Origin: Nemertoderma westbladi | Lineage: Eukaryota > Animalia > Xenacoelomorpha | Assembly (NCBI GenBank): GCA_032718475.1 | Contig: JAUCBJ010002736.1 | Location: 2,143 to 66,142 of the forward strand | Length of the DNA stretch: 64,000 nt | Direction of reading: 5' to 3' | Part shown: one piece after another, positions 36,147 to 48,765 of the stretch | Layout of the letters: every line of letters starts with the position of its first letter | Numbering within the stretch: the first letter of the stretch is position 1 | Notes under the pieces: model-generated | The model's input: the letters and a program-made list of their open reading frames with translations, nothing else | Database searches by the model: none | Told to the model about the DNA's origin: nothing | Program-made: the position numbers and the translations under genes

Positions 36147-39100
36147 TCACGTTAGGGAGTCCCTAGATGTTTGAGGAATTAGGGAGGTGGTCGTGGGAAG
36201 AGTGTCTTGCCTTCCATAGTTTCCAGAGAGTTCTCTGTCTCTTTCCAGTAAACATAAACGACCAACTGGGCGATTGAGTTGTTGCGTCTCAAAGATGATG
36301 CCTGGCTTCTTGAAGTTACGCCGCATGACGATGAGTTCTACCGAGCGTACTAAACCATCATCTGAGATGTGTGTCTCGATGATACGACCTGTCTGCCAGC
36401 GTTTACGTGGGAGGTCTGGATCTACAATAAGCACCATATCTCCAGCGCTGACATTTTCTTGCTGCGCAAACCACTTAGTTCGAAGTTGTAGCGTGGGCAG
36501 ATAATGTTTCTCGAAATGGTCAGCGAAACGACGGGATAGCAACTGCATAAGTTGCCAAGTTCGACGGCAATATTCGTCTCCGTCGGCAATCTCCGATCGT
36601 GGGAGCATGGCTACAGGTTTCTTCAGTAGGAAGTGCGCGGGTGTTAGCGCTTCCAGGGAATCGGGACTCGATGAGACTGGCATAAGCGGTCTCTCGTTGA
36701 GATAGGCAGCGATTTCCTCCATTAACGTCCGCAAAAGTTCGTCGGTGAGATACGCGCGGCATGGCACTATAAAGTGAAATGCGGTTTTGACACTTCGAAT
36801 TAATCTCTCCCAACTTCCTCCCCACCAAGGGGCGTCGGCAGCGTTGAAGGTCCAGCTAGACGCTGTTATCCTTAGCTGGTCGTCCACCTGTCTTTGGTTC
36901 CAGTCCTTCACGTAAGCCTGTATCTCGTTGTTGGCACCTATGAAGTTCGTTCCTTTATCCGATCTCATGGTATTACTCGTCCCGAAGCAAGCGATCTGTC
37001 GTCGTAAACTTAAGACGAAGCTGTTAGTAGATAGATCGTTCACCATATCGAGATGGATGGCTCTACAAGTCATGCACACGAAGATGACACACCATCTCTT
37101 GACTATAGTCCTCGCATGATATACTTCAATAGGGCCAAATAAATCTACACCAGTATTAGTAAAAGGTGGTTCATAGAAGCTTACTCGTTCCCTAGGTAAT
37201 TCTGCCTCTCGCTGTGTTAAAGGCCTACTGAATGCTTTCCTACAGGGTATGCAGTTCCTAAGAACTTGGTTCAGAGCTCTACGGGGTTTATCAAAATAAT
37301 AGCGAGTTCGAATTTCGCTAAGAATTCGTTCTCTACCAGCATGGTAAAGTTTACTGTGAACGTCTACAATCATCTTGATTTGTACTTCAAGATTTCTAAT
37401 AAGTATGGGGAATTTGGTGTCAAAGGATAAGGGCGCGTTGGTGAGTCTTCCTCCAACACGTATTAACCCATCTATCATTGTGCTCGAGAATCGATCCCTT
37501 AAGCGCATCTGTGGATTTCTCAACAACAGGAAGTACTTTTCGGAATCCTCATAGCATTGCAGGAGTCTCAGTATCTGCTTATTTGTTTCTTCATGCTCCT
37601 GGTGACTAATTTTCTCTTTTAGAAAACGATCAGATATCTTATATTTGGGTAAATTCTGAATAACATGAACTTGTGCAGATGTCAATGGAGCGTGATCACT
37701 AGTGGTCTTCGTCCTGGAGTAGTGATGATGAAAACATCGTCTTAAATATGTGACGGCTTTACAGAGCCGATTCCAGGAACTGTCATGATGCATTGCTCTC
37801 TGCAGCATGGGTGAGATTCCTTGCGAGACGTCTGGTATTCCAGATTTCCAATCTTTATCTCTAATTTCCACAACAGACTTATTTGTGTTGAGGGATTGTG
37901 GATCCGAAGCATCATTCCCGGAAGTATGTAATACAGATAGATCGATAGTCGGTTTAAATAACTTCGATTTACTCGCCCAGGTTTTAGGTTTGACTGTCTC
38001 CGCTCCCTTGGCTTGTCTAATCTCTGCCGTAGTAAGGTGAGGAGGCCATTCATCCTCTTCCTTGCTCAGGAAGTCGGGTCCACCCAACCAATCTGGAGTA
38101 TCTATCAGTTCCTGTGGGGTTGCTCCCCTGGAGGCGATATCGGCTGGATTAATCGTACCAGGGCAATGTCTCCATTGATCTATCTTGGTGCGACTAAGAA
38201 TAATAGCTACTCGGTTAGTAACAAAAACGCTAAACTGACAGACTTCATTGGTGAGATACTCCAACACGAGTAAAGCGTCGGTCCAATAAACCGTTTTCTC
38301 CAGTGGATAGTCGATTTGTTCCGTTACGTTCCGGCCGATGGCTGTAGCGTATAAAGCCGCCTTTAACTCCGCTCGAGGAACCTTTAACTTGTTGTTAATC
38401 AATGCCTTAGAGGTAACCAAGGCGACCTTGATTCCATCCGGAGTTTCGACTCGCAGATATGCTACTATACCTATTCCCATGTCGCTGGCGTCTCCAAACA
38501 CATGGAGTTGATAGGAATACGTAGGAAGAACATGGCCAAAATATGCACGGGAAATTATAAAGTTCTCGATGGCAGGTAGAGAATCTTCCCATTTCATCCA
38601 TTTCTTTAACAATTCCCCTTTAAGCGGATCGTCCCATGAGTGGTTTTCAAGCCACATTTGTTGTACTAAACTCCGAGCAATCAATATAACTGGGCTAATA
38701 AATCCCAATGGGTCGAAATAAGTGCTCAGGATGCTTAAACAAATCCGTTTGGTCCGAACTGGATTATCTCGCTGTTTTAACTGAAAAAACAGGATGTCTC
38801 TTTCAGTGTCCCACTTCAAGCCTAGCGTCTTGGTTTCAGGAAGATCGTCCTTTATCAAATCTAGGTCTTTCGCTCCGTGGTCTTCTACCGGTATGGCTTC
38901 CAGAAACTCACGGGAGTTGCTAGTGAATTTCGTCAGTCGAAATCCACCTCTTTTCAAACACTCTACCATTCCTTTCGCGACAGCTATGGCTTCTTCTACT
39001 GATGGAAGGGACCTTAAATTGTCGTCCATGTATATATTGCGTTTTATGTTGTCTATCACTTCTTTGGAGAAGGAGTCTCGGTTGTCATTCGCAGTGGTTC

Positions 39101-42100
39101 GCACCACGGAGCAGGCGTTGGAAGGGCTTGATATGATCCCAAAAGCCTGGATGGTCATCCAGTACTCTACCGGTTTCTGGTTGAGGTCTCCTTCAGGCCA
39201 CCACAGAAATCTCAGGCTGTCTCTATCTCTATCCAGCGCCTTGACTTGTAAGAACATTCCTTCTATATCAGAGGCGAACGCGATGGAATATTGTCTTAAT
39301 CTAAATAGTATTCCCAACAAAGATTGGAGTAAGTTGGGTCCTGGTAACAACTCGGAATTGAGGGATTGGCCCATATATAGAGCAGAGCCATCAAATACGA
39401 CTCGTACTTCATGGGGTTTACCGGGTTTGGGAACGTAATGATGTGTTAAATAATACGTTCTCTCAGTCACTGGTGTTCCTTCCGGTACTCTCTCCGCGTA
39501 TCCCTTTGTTATAAATTTCTTCAGCTGAGTTTGGTACATTTCTTTCGCTGAAGCATTAGCTGTAAGGCGTCGATATAATTGAGCGATTATTTTCTCTGCC
39601 AAGGGTCTGTTATTTATAAATCTAGGTTCTCGTTTTCGAAATGGTAGGCCGATTTCATACCTACCTTGGTCCTTTAAAAAACGTGTAGTTGTTTCCTGGA
39701 TTTGCTTGGCTCTTTCTTCTTCTATCGATAGAGCCTTATTATATGAATTGGGCTCTACCAGTTCCTGAGTAAAGAATCGTACGGCTAGTTCGTCCCGAGT
39801 TCTAGCGTAGTAGCGCTCTATCTCATCGTTTAGTTCGTCATTGTAAGCGATGGGTTCCGATGGGTGAATCAGTTGACATAGGTTCACCTGACTTTTCCAA
39901 GTTTGGTTTTCTGTAAGTAGGTCGATTGTGTTCTCTTCATCGAAGAGTTGATAGATGTCGTCATTATCTGAGGAGTATGGTGTTCCTTCAGTTAGTTCGT
40001 CCACCTCACTGCTCTCCACTTCCCAATCGTGTACTTGGTATGTTTGATCTCGTGGCATTCTCTCTTCGAGAGTCCTGCGGGAAGGGCCAGTAAAGTACCA
40101 ACCTACTCTAGTTCTTACCGCATAGGTTTGCAGTGGCTGCGGTTGAGCAGGCCGTTTCTCTAATGTTTCGAGCGCCTCATGCGCGTTCTGGCCGATGAGT
40201 ATTTGCACTCCAGGATAATCTGTCTGGAATCGAGGTATCTTAAGATGTTGGATGCTCTCATCCTCGTCCCAATTATAAAGGTCTGCTTGAGTAGTAGCGA
40301 AGTTCTTTATAGCCACCATTTTTACCGACCTTATACCTTGTGCTCCTATCTTATCCTGGGGGGTGGACAACACACCTACATAGTAATCTGCCGTTAAGGT
40401 AGATTTCCAAACCTGCATAATTCCTGACATATTCAATTTAGTCCGGAATTTGGGTTGTCCAGCAAAGATATCTTCGGCTAATTCTTGATCGATGAATGTT
40501 CCTGTGCTGCCGGAGTCAAGGAGGGCGTTCACTATGTAACTTTTGTTAAGACCGTGAACTCTTACCTGCACTACAGGAAATTCTCTGATTCCTACGTTGG
40601 AAGTTGGAGCTTTCCAAGATGGTTGTTTGGCAAAAGTAGTTGGGGGAAACTCATCGTTGGTGTCCTTTTCATAAGTAAGTGCTCGATACACTGCGGTATT
40701 GATTAGATAACAGGATTCGTTGGCATCGGAGAATTCGTCAGTATAGAATCCTTCCATCTCAGACTCCTGATCAGTGTCGTTTACATCACTGAATTGGACA
40801 TGTAGTTCGGGCTCACTTACCTGACTCTGTTTGTCTCGTTCGAACTCACTGTGTAACAAGATGTGATGTTTCGCGCCACACTTTGCACACTTTATGTCGG
40901 AGTAACAGGTTCGCCGTTGGTGTCCTGGTCTGAGGCAATTATAGCATAACCGCTTGTCCCACACAACTGCACGTCTGTCTACAAGGGATTTCTTTAGAAA
41001 TTCAGCACACGCACTCAAACGGTGGGTCCCGTTGCACAGCGCACAGTTAGGTTTTATGTTACTCACCTTACCTTGGGTAATTTGATGCACTCTCGTTTTT
41101 TCTTCGGGTTTTCTTCGGTGCATTCTGTTAGGAGACTGAGGGGGGGTCTTGGTAACCTGTTCTCTCCTATCGTTGTTTCGAGCCTTGTATTTACTTACAT
41201 CTTTGGAGGTTTTGTCAACGTAGTAAGATCGGTCAGTGTCTTTCCCGCTGTCCTCTTCTTGAGAAACTTGGCTTTCGCCGTCGTCAGTGTAACACACCGG
41301 TGTTATTCTTCTCCTAGAAGCGGGTTTCTCACTTACCTTATTTTCCGATGTTTTCTCTCTGGACTGCTTGATGAGTTGTAGTTTTACCTCACCATCTAAG
41401 AAGGACATGAGATCAGCCATGGTAGGACTTCGTCGTTGTTGTTCATTCATGTACAACACTTTCTTGTCCCAGCGTGTACATACTCCACCTTTTGGTAAAG
41501 TAGAGACTACGGCTCCAATAACCATTGAACTCTGATATTCATGAGACTTACCTAACCAGTCCAATTGTCTACAGATCTCCTGAATTTCATTGGAAAACTC
41601 TATAATCCCGCTACTAAGGAAGTGTCGGGGGGCTACTAATTTTGCATACAAATACTTAGCTATGTTATCCTTGTTACCATACCTGATGTTTAATGTATCC
41701 CATACTTGTCTTAATCCTTCTGGATGTCCAATAAACTTTAACGCCATTAATCTGGGAGGTCCTTCCAAGCACTTGATGAGGAACCTAAGTTTCTCTCCGT
41801 TAGATAGTACAGAGTTTTGTATACTATCTTTGTAATATTCGTTGAAAGGTAACCATTTCATCTCATCTCCATTGAATTTGACGATCTCTCCCACTTTGAC
41901 CGCTTGGCGGGCTTCTGTTCTAGCCATCTGACGCGTAAAGCTTTCTTGGGCCATCGTGTTATTTAATATCGAATTATCGGTATATAAATTTCTCGGATCA
42001 TTGTCAGGTCTATAAGGGATATCATTAATAACAGGTCTATAATCACCCTTAATAGGGTTTGTTATAGGAGTTTCTACTTCACTAGCAGTATAGATGCGTG

Positions 42101-42932
42101 TAGGCTCCACACCTTGCGCATGTAATACTTCAGACCTAACAGGTTGACACAATGTTACAGGGGGTATTGGTATCCCCTTTTGGATATTGACTAATTTGTC
42201 GCGTTCTAGCGCGATACTTTGCTGCACTTCTTGCAATTCGGCCCTACCTTCCCTTACTGTTCCCTTAAGTTGGTGGACAGTCTCCTGCATCTGTCCGAGC
42301 AGGAGATTCATCCCCCGCCGTCCCTCCTCTACCCACTCGACCGCAGAAGCGGGAGTCGCCAACATTGTAGCGGGCTGACGTGGGACGACGGGAGACAAAT
42401 CTTTGATTTCTCTCTCAGCTTCCAGGACAGGAATATTCTCATGGACTGTTCTACCGGGTACAGGCAGTGTAGTACTGTGTAAAGGGAACTTAGAGTTAAG
42501 CTCTGGAAGTACAGGGGTCTCTAGCACAGGTGTGACTTTGGGAACGACAGGCCTAATTATTTCAGGCTCATCAACTATAGTAGGGAGTTTTTTGACCTTA
42601 ATAATTTGGTCTGTAGGTTCTATTCTACTTAAGTCGGTGCTAGCTAGTTGTCTCTTAACAGCTGGGGGCAAATCAGGCAATTTGTGACGGTAAGATGTTT
42701 TTCTATGCCGGCTTAGACGAGATCTATTTCCTCCGCCTTCAGGATCGGTGGTTTCACTTTCCTCCGATGACGTATATCCCATCCGTTTGGGAGTAGATTT
42801 TCTCATCATCTGCATGTGACTAGCAGTTAACTGTTTATTTATGTTGTCTTGCGTCTCTTGCAGATTTTCCAACTCCAGTTGGGTAGTCTCTTCAGACGCT
42901 CTCTGTTCTGCGTCTACTGCTGTACTGACCAA
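36147..42932 (-). CDS. BEL/Pao LTR retrotransposon Gag-Pol polyprotein (uninterrupted, probably 5'-truncated)
   Basis: DUF1759-like FNGDEMKWLPF..LSNGEKLRFL; BEL Zn fingers CALCNGTH..C, CYNCLRPGH..C, CAKCGAKHH; protease ALLDSGS; RT YMDD; RNase H VFGDAS; integrase GVDLFGP, RSDKGTNF, GGSWERLI; C-terminal LQLRTKW. Confidence 0.96.
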   Translation of the reverse strand: MVSTAVDAEQRASEETTQLELENLQETQDNINKQLTASHMQMMRKSTPKRMGYTSSEESETTDPEGGGNRSRLSRHRKTSYRHKLPDLPPAVKRQLASTDLSRIEPTDQIIKVKKLPTIVDEPEIIRPVVPKVTPVLETPVLPELNSKFPLHSTTLPVPGRTVHENIPVLEAEREIKDLSPVVPRQPATMLATPASAVEWVEEGRRGMNLLLGQMQETVHQLKGTVREGRAELQEVQQSIALERDKLVNIQKGIPIPPVTLCQPVRSEVLHAQGVEPTRIYTASEVETPITNPIKGDYRPVINDIPYRPDNDPRNLYTDNSILNNTMAQESFTRQMARTEARQAVKVGEIVKFNGDEMKWLPFNEYYKDSIQNSVLSNGEKLRFLIKCLEGPPRLMALKFIGHPEGLRQVWDTLNIRYGNKDNIAKYLYAKLVAPRHFLSSGIIEFSNEIQEICRQLDWLGKSHEYQSSMVIGAVVSTLPKGGVCTRWDKKVLYMNEQQRRSPTMADLMSFLDGEVKLQLIKQSREKTSENKVSEKPASRRRITPVCYTDDGESQVSQEEDSGKDTDRSYYVDKTSKDVSKYKARNNDRREQVTKTPPQSPNRMHRRKPEEKTRVHQITQGKVSNIKPNCALCNGTHRLSACAEFLKKSLVDRRAVVWDKRLCYNCLRPGHQRRTCYSDIKCAKCGAKHHILLHSEFERDKQSQVSEPELHVQFSDVNDTDQESEMEGFYTDEFSDANESCYLINTAVYRALTYEKDTNDEFPPTTFAKQPSWKAPTSNVGIREFPVVQVRVHGLNKSYIVNALLDSGSTGTFIDQELAEDIFAGQPKFRTKLNMSGIMQVWKSTLTADYYVGVLSTPQDKIGAQGIRSVKMVAIKNFATTQADLYNWDEDESIQHLKIPRFQTDYPGVQILIGQNAHEALETLEKRPAQPQPLQTYAVRTRVGWYFTGPSRRTLEERMPRDQTYQVHDWEVESSEVDELTEGTPYSSDNDDIYQLFDEENTIDLLTENQTWKSQVNLCQLIHPSEPIAYNDELNDEIERYYARTRDELAVRFFTQELVEPNSYNKALSIEEERAKQIQETTTRFLKDQGRYEIGLPFRKREPRFINNRPLAEKIIAQLYRRLTANASAKEMYQTQLKKFITKGYAERVPEGTPVTERTYYLTHHYVPKPGKPHEVRVVFDGSALYMGQSLNSELLPGPNLLQSLLGILFRLRQYSIAFASDIEGMFLQVKALDRDRDSLRFLWWPEGDLNQKPVEYWMTIQAFGIISSPSNACSVVRTTANDNRDSFSKEVIDNIKRNIYMDDNLRSLPSVEEAIAVAKGMVECLKRGGFRLTKFTSNSREFLEAIPVEDHGAKDLDLIKDDLPETKTLGLKWDTERDILFFQLKQRDNPVRTKRICLSILSTYFDPLGFISPVILIARSLVQQMWLENHSWDDPLKGELLKKWMKWEDSLPAIENFIISRAYFGHVLPTYSYQLHVFGDASDMGIGIVAYLRVETPDGIKVALVTSKALINNKLKVPRAELKAALYATAIGRNVTEQIDYPLEKTVYWTDALLVLEYLTNEVCQFSVFVTNRVAIILSRTKIDQWRHCPGTINPADIASRGATPQELIDTPDWLGGPDFLSKEEDEWPPHLTTAEIRQAKGAETVKPKTWASKSKLFKPTIDLSVLHTSGNDASDPQSLNTNKSVVEIRDKDWKSGIPDVSQGISPMLQRAMHHDSSWNRLCKAVTYLRRCFHHHYSRTKTTSDHAPLTSAQVHVIQNLPKYKISDRFLKEKISHQEHEETNKQILRLLQCYEDSEKYFLLLRNPQMRLRDRFSSTMIDGLIRVGGRLTNAPLSFDTKFPILIRNLEVQIKMIVDVHSKLYHAGRERILSEIRTRYYFDKPRRALNQVLRNCIPCRKAFSRPLTQREAELPRERVSFYEPPFTNTGVDLFGPIEVYHARTIVKRWCVIFVCMTCRAIHLDMVNDLSTNSFVLSLRRQIACFGTSNTMRSDKGTNFIGANNEIQAYVKDWNQRQVDDQLRITASSWTFNAADAPWWGGSWERLIRSVKTAFHFIVPCRAYLTDELLRTLMEEIAAYLNERPLMPVSSSPDSLEALTPAHFLLKKPVAMLPRSEIADGDEYCRRTWQLMQLLSRRFADHFEKHYLPTLQLRTKWFAQQENVSAGDMVLIVDPDLPRKRWQTGRIIETHISDDGLVRSVELIVMRRNFKKPGIIFETQQLNRPVGRLCLLERDRELSGNYGRQDTLPTTTSLIPQTSRDSLT

Positions 42933-42934
42933 CT

Positions 42935-45547
42935 CGTCACCTTCAAGGCAGAACCCCCTAAGTCGATTTTTGTAGTTCTGAGATAATCGATAAAAACTGT
43001 TTATTTTTTAGAGAGAGGCCTCAGTTTACTTGTTATTGTGTTTTTTGATAACTAAATATATATAGAATTCATATAATTAAACTTTCAATTTGATTTAGAA
43101 TTAACTTTGAAATATATTGCGGTTTTTTTTTAAAAATTCTGACTTATGGTGTTTTGCCAAAACAAAGGGGTCCACCGTTTTCTGGTATTATCCCGTAACT
43201 ATACGATAGTTGCGGGGTATTGCCTAGAAAACAAGGTATCCTCAATTTGGCAAAACACCATAAGTACGAATTTTTACAAAAAAACACGCAAAATATATCA
43301 AATTATAGCCAAGGCGTATCGTGCGTACTTAATTATTTAGTGCGTAGTGCGCACGTAATACATGTGCGCATTTGTTATTAGCTAATAAGTGCTATCTAAC
43401 ATGTTAACTAGCACATAATCAGGTGTTAGTATTACCTGTAAACGCAATAATAACAAATAATCACATACAATATAGCTAACACACTTGCGCACATGTCGGA
43501 AATTTTTGAATTCAAAATTCTAAAGAGCTCCATAAGTTTTTGATATTTTGGTATTAATTGCTTCTAAAATAAGTACGGGACTGTAGTTAGAATCATGTAT
43601 CAATACAAATTGAACAAAATGTAGCCAAATGCAGAACTATAAGAACAAAATTTAGATTCAAGAAAGCGGAACTCTAAGTACAAAATATAGCCATGGGTGG
43701 TACTCTACAATAAGAACAAAGTCTAGCTACAGGGTTACAGCTACGTTAAAGTGAAGTTCACTTACAGTACGTCATGACGAATAATTAAAGACCTGTTTTT
43801 TCTACAGTACGTGGCAACATTTTGAGCAACTCTATCAGCAACTTAGTAAGCATTTCAGGTTGCGATCAAGTTGCTCTATGTAAACGCGAACTTTGTTGCT
43901 GTTAAAGATGCCTCATATAACGGAGACTAAAAGTTAATGTTGCTCAAATTAAGTTGCTAGTTGCTGACCAAATTGTCCAAAACGTCCGGCAACCTATAGT
44001 AACTTATAGCAACTTGGACAAAAACATTAAATGATGGATAGATATTTATCAGCACCATAAACATTAATGTGGGACAAACATTAATCAGGGTGACAAACAT
44101 TAATGTGGGACATAAACATTGATGTAGGACACAAACAATAATGTGGGACATAAACATTGATATAGGTCACAAACATTAATGAGGGACACATACATTAATG
44201 ATGGACACAAATATTAATGAGGGACACAAACATTAATGAGGGACACAACATTAATGAGGGACACAAACATTAATTGAGGGACACTAACATTAATGAGATA
44301 CACAAATATTAATGAGGGACACAAACATTAATGAGCGACACAAACATTAATGAGGGACACAAACAATAAACGAGGGACAGATATCAATCAAGGGCACAAA
44401 CATTAATGAGGGACACAAACATTAATGAGCGACACAAACATTAATGAGGGACACAAACATTAATGAGGGACGAAAACATTAATGAGGTACACAAACATTA
44501 ATGAGGGACACAAACATTAATGAGGGAGACAAACAATAAACGAGGGACAGATATCAATCAAGGGCACAAACATTAATGAGGGACACAAACATTAATGAGG
44601 GACACAAACATTAATGACGGACGCAAACATTAATGAGGTTCACAAACATTAATGAGGGACACAAACATTAATGAGGTACACAAACATTAATGAGGGACAC
44701 AAACATTAATGAGGTACACAAACATTAATGAGGGACACAAACATTAATGAGGGACACAAACATTAATGACGGACGCAAACATTAATGAGGTTCACAAACA
44801 TTAATGAGGTACACAAACATTAATGAGGGACACAAACATTAATGAGGGACACAAACATTAATGAGGTACACAAACATTAATGAGGGGCACAAACATTAAT
44901 GAGGGACACAAACATTTAATGAGATACACAAACATTAATGAGGGACACAAACAATAAACGAGGGACAGATATCAATCAAGGGCACAAACATTAACCATGG
45001 GCACTATCGCCCTTCGCACTTCGCACTTCGCACAATTCTCATTACTGTCAAGCAATAAAATAACAACAATAAATAATAACATATTAATCTGACCAAACCA
45101 ATAAACTATGATATTGCCAATTGAAGGAAAGGATCAGGATACAGAGATGGTTTTTCTAACCAAAACAATAAACTAATTAATATTTGTGTCCTGGCCGCAA
45201 TACAAACCAGTATATAAATGATAAATTACGGGGTTTTGCCAGGCTATTGTTTCTGATTTAAGGGGTTTTACAGGTTGTTATTTCTGATTTAAGGGGTTTT
45301 GCCAGGTGGACTGAATTTCATATACTTGAATTTACGGTGTTTTGCAAGCCAATTATTGACTTGGGGGGTTCTGCCTCGAAGTGGGCATAAGTTACGGGGA
45401 ACTGTCTTTGGCTTATAACTCAAAAATGGCTGGTAGAAAAGCTTCGGGGTTCTGCCAGACGAAAAAGCCGATATCGAATTACCCAAAAAGTCAAAAACAT
45501 GAAAATCGAAAAAAATCGACTTAGGGGGTTCTGCCTTGAAGGTGACG
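42935..45547. mobile_element. Non-autonomous DNA transposon with 37-bp TIRs and 4-bp TSD (Sola-like)
   Basis: CGTCACCTTCAAGGCAGAACCCCCTAAGTCGATTTTT at 42935 and its exact reverse complement ending at 45547, with AACT on both flanks. The superfamily is inferred only from the 4-bp TSD. Confidence 0.8.
44050..44995. repeat. 19-bp minisatellite GAGGGACACAAACATTAAT inside the TIR element
   Basis: Period 19, about 45-50 copies. Confidence 0.92.
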
Positions 45548-46144
45548 AACTGAAAGTACTTTGTACCGGTACCATCCTATATCAGTACATCTAGGCATGC
45601 AGTACATCAATTCAGGTTTTACTTAATTAATTAATTAAGCATTTAAGTCAAATATTTTCTTTCCGTTTTTCTTCACAATCTTCGTAAATTGTATTTCCAG
45701 ATCTTTTCGCCACACCGTTGTGATATGAATGAGTCCGATATAACTCCGTATTTCACCGTTTGGGTGCGTTTGGGGCCGTTTGGGTACCGTTTGGGTTTTT
45801 AGTCCTACCGCCTGCTAGTTACATAAACTCGTAACAGGCTTCAGATGGTATAAGGTTATGCCTAAAATAATAGCAGGAGGAACATCTATTATTATACGCA
45901 CTGTAAGAATAGAAACAGCCAATATGTAGTGCGTAAGAACATCGTAAAGTATGGCAACCAATAGGAGCTTTAGAATTACGGCAACCGATGCTGGGCAACG
46001 GATAAACAATCTCAACAGTGACATACAGCATGGATTGGAGACGAAATATTATGCGCTCAGAAGTTGAATAGTTCTCTGATAAAAATATAAGACTTCGATA
46101 TGCAGTTAGCGTGTGCATCAAAAAAAATGTTCACGCAAAATGCA

Positions 46145-46660
46145 ATATTTTTACTCTCGATATTTTTCAACACTTGATATTTTTACTCCCGATATTTTTA
46201 CTCTCGATATTTTTCAACACTCGATATTTTTTCTCTCGATATTTTTACTCTCGATATTTTTCAACACTCGATATTTTTCAACACTCGTTATTTTTACTCC
46301 CGATATTTTTACTCTCGATATTTTTCAACACTCGATATTTTTAAACACTCGATATTTTTCAACACTCGATATTTTTACTCTTGATGTTTTTACTCTCGAT
46401 ATTTTTCAACACCCGATATTTTTACTCTCGATATTTTTACCCTCGATATTTTTCAACACTCGATATTTTTCAACACTCGATATTTTTCAACACTCGATTT
46501 GTTTCAACACTCGTTATTTTCGATATTTTTCATCTTGCGTTATTTTTACTCCCGATATTTTTTAATCACGTAAATTTTCAACACTCGTTATTTTTACTCT
46601 CGATATTTTTACTCTCGTTATTTTTACTCTCGATATTTTGCAAGTCTCGATATTTTTTCA
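46145..46660. repeat. CTCGATATTTTT(TA/TCAACA) short tandem repeat
   Basis: Units of 15-18 bp visible directly. Confidence 0.9.
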
Positions 46661-46747
46661 CCATTACCCACCATGTACCGCATAGGGTACTAAGTCAAGC
46701 AATACTGCAGTCAAGGCGTACTTGACTGCTGTACCTGCATACAGTTC

Positions 46748-47218
46748 CAGGGTGTCGAACGACCGGGAAAAGGCCGGGAAAAAATTAAACAGGGAAAAAC
46801 CTGGAAAATGCCTTCGAAAAATATCATGTAACCGGGAATTTGCTAAAACAGTAGACAGCTGAACGATGAGATAGAAGAGCTATAACAACTCTGAGTTTAG
46901 TATTTAATAAAATATACTAACTTGAGGGGTAAAATTATAATTGAATGTAAATGCACATTATTATTATATATTATATTATGCAATTAAATTGAATACAATA
47001 ATATAATATTTACAATAATATTTTGTACATACAATTTTTTTGACAACATATAATTTGATAGGAAAGGTTAACATGAAATTTAGGTCAAGTGGAAATCAAA
47101 ATATAATAATGTTTTTATGTAATACATTATGTCATCAAACTGGTAAAATTCACAAATGAACCTGGAAAAACCGGGAAAGGGCCGGGAAAAAATCATGTCA
47201 AAATCGTTCGACACCCTG
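46748..47218. mobile_element. MITE with 15-bp TIR and 5-bp TSD (hAT5-like)
   Basis: CAGGGTGTCGAACGA ... TCGTTCGACACCCTG, TSD AGTTC on both sides, and subterminal CCGGGAAA repeats. Confidence 0.88.
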
Positions 47219-48399
47219 AGTTCCGGTGTACAGTGTCAGAGTGTAGGCCTACATCTGCATTGCAGTATTGCAATACTCACCATATTGTTGGTACAGGTAG
47301 TACTGCTGTACTCTAGTAGTAGTACGGAGTTAGTCTTCATTTCTGTCTATCTATACCTGTTTACTGCTATACAGCTATAGCATATAGGCATTCCTGTCCT
47401 GTATACTGATATAGTTCTGTAGGTTATTCAACTGCAGAACAGATTGTGGATTGACCGGTAGGCCTACCGCTACCGGTACGGGTACGCCAGACTGCAGTAG
47501 CTACCGGTATATGTGGATTATGTGTTATGTCCCACAACCAAGTACATCCAAGCGTCACGACTGGGAATGACAGGTTTAAAGCAAGTAGGACTGGAGGTAA
47601 GTCTGACTCCTGATATTGCTGTAGCAGTGTAGGTAGGCCTATTGAAGTACAGAAGTATTGTGCTGGCTGACTCTACCAATCTACCTACACAGCTGCACAG
47701 TACCGGTACATGGCCATTTTTTTTTTAATGTAATTATTGGTGTGAATAGTACAGTAGTCTGGTAGTAGGCTAATAATGATGTAGGTAGGACCTACCGGCT
47801 AACCGGTATTTATTAATTATTTTACATCATTAATTAGGCCTACAGTTGTGAGTTGTATTAACAGCTCAACTCCAATTCATTCATTACCGGTATTACTTAT
47901 AATATTAATATAGCCTATTGTTGTCATATTGTTATTTTTGGTACCGGTATTGTTATAATATGTATAATATGTCCCAGCAGCCCAGTCTCACCCACACGAT
48001 AAGCCTACCAAGTAGGCCTACTCCAGTCAGCCAGTACCGGTACTCATATACCGTAGTGAATTGATTTTCAATGATTTGCTGGACAGTTGGATGAGCAAGA
48101 GGAGAACGAGAACGAAAGACATATAGTATATAGATCGTAACGATGGTAATGATAGTGGTGGATATTGTGACATAGACACTGAGAAAACTGTAGAAGATGA
48201 AGCTGAAGGTGGCATTCTTAGTGATAGTGATTATTAGTTAGAGGAAGGAGGACTATTCAGATACTGATGGAAATGTGTCATGTGAGAATTAATCTGATAC
48301 CAGGATACAACAGTGATGGCAGTTGATGATTCTAATTCATTTTTTCTTTCACCTTCTTAAGAAATCTGGATACACAAAATCCAGGCGATACCTCATCAA

Positions 48400-48765
48400 G
48401 CAACTGGCACTATCTTTAGCATTTCACATTTAGTGGATGGTAATATTCGTTCCAATTTGGTACTTAGAAGGATAAATGAGAAAAACTTTTATTAGTTATC
48501 AAAAAAGAAAGACAGGCATCTGGCTGTTATCTTTGTTGACTTCTTCAAGGCCTTTGATTCAGTCTCTCGCTCACGTATGTTCAGGATACTTTCATTATAT
48601 GGGATTCCTGATGAAATTATTGCAGCAATCAGATCAGTATACGATGGTTCGACAAAATTTGTGTCTACTGTTGACTGTGGCACAGAACCATTCTGCCATT
48701 TGAAGTGTTATGGGGCGTCCTCCAGGGAGACACACTTGCACCATTCATGTTCATAATTGTAGTAG
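48400..48765 (+). pseudogene. Non-LTR (LINE, RTE-like) reverse transcriptase fragment
   Basis: HLAVIFVDFFKAFDSVSRSRMFRILSLYGIP..., then frameshifted GVLQGDTLAPFMFIIVV (RT domains 3-4). Confidence 0.85.

Noticed and set aside
36274-42687. Short ORFs overlapping the BEL polyprotein
   Set aside because: Antisense or alternative-frame shadows of a long coding region.
48070-48330. Acidic-coding stretch resembling a transposase N-terminus
   Set aside because: Multiple stops and no diagnostic motif.
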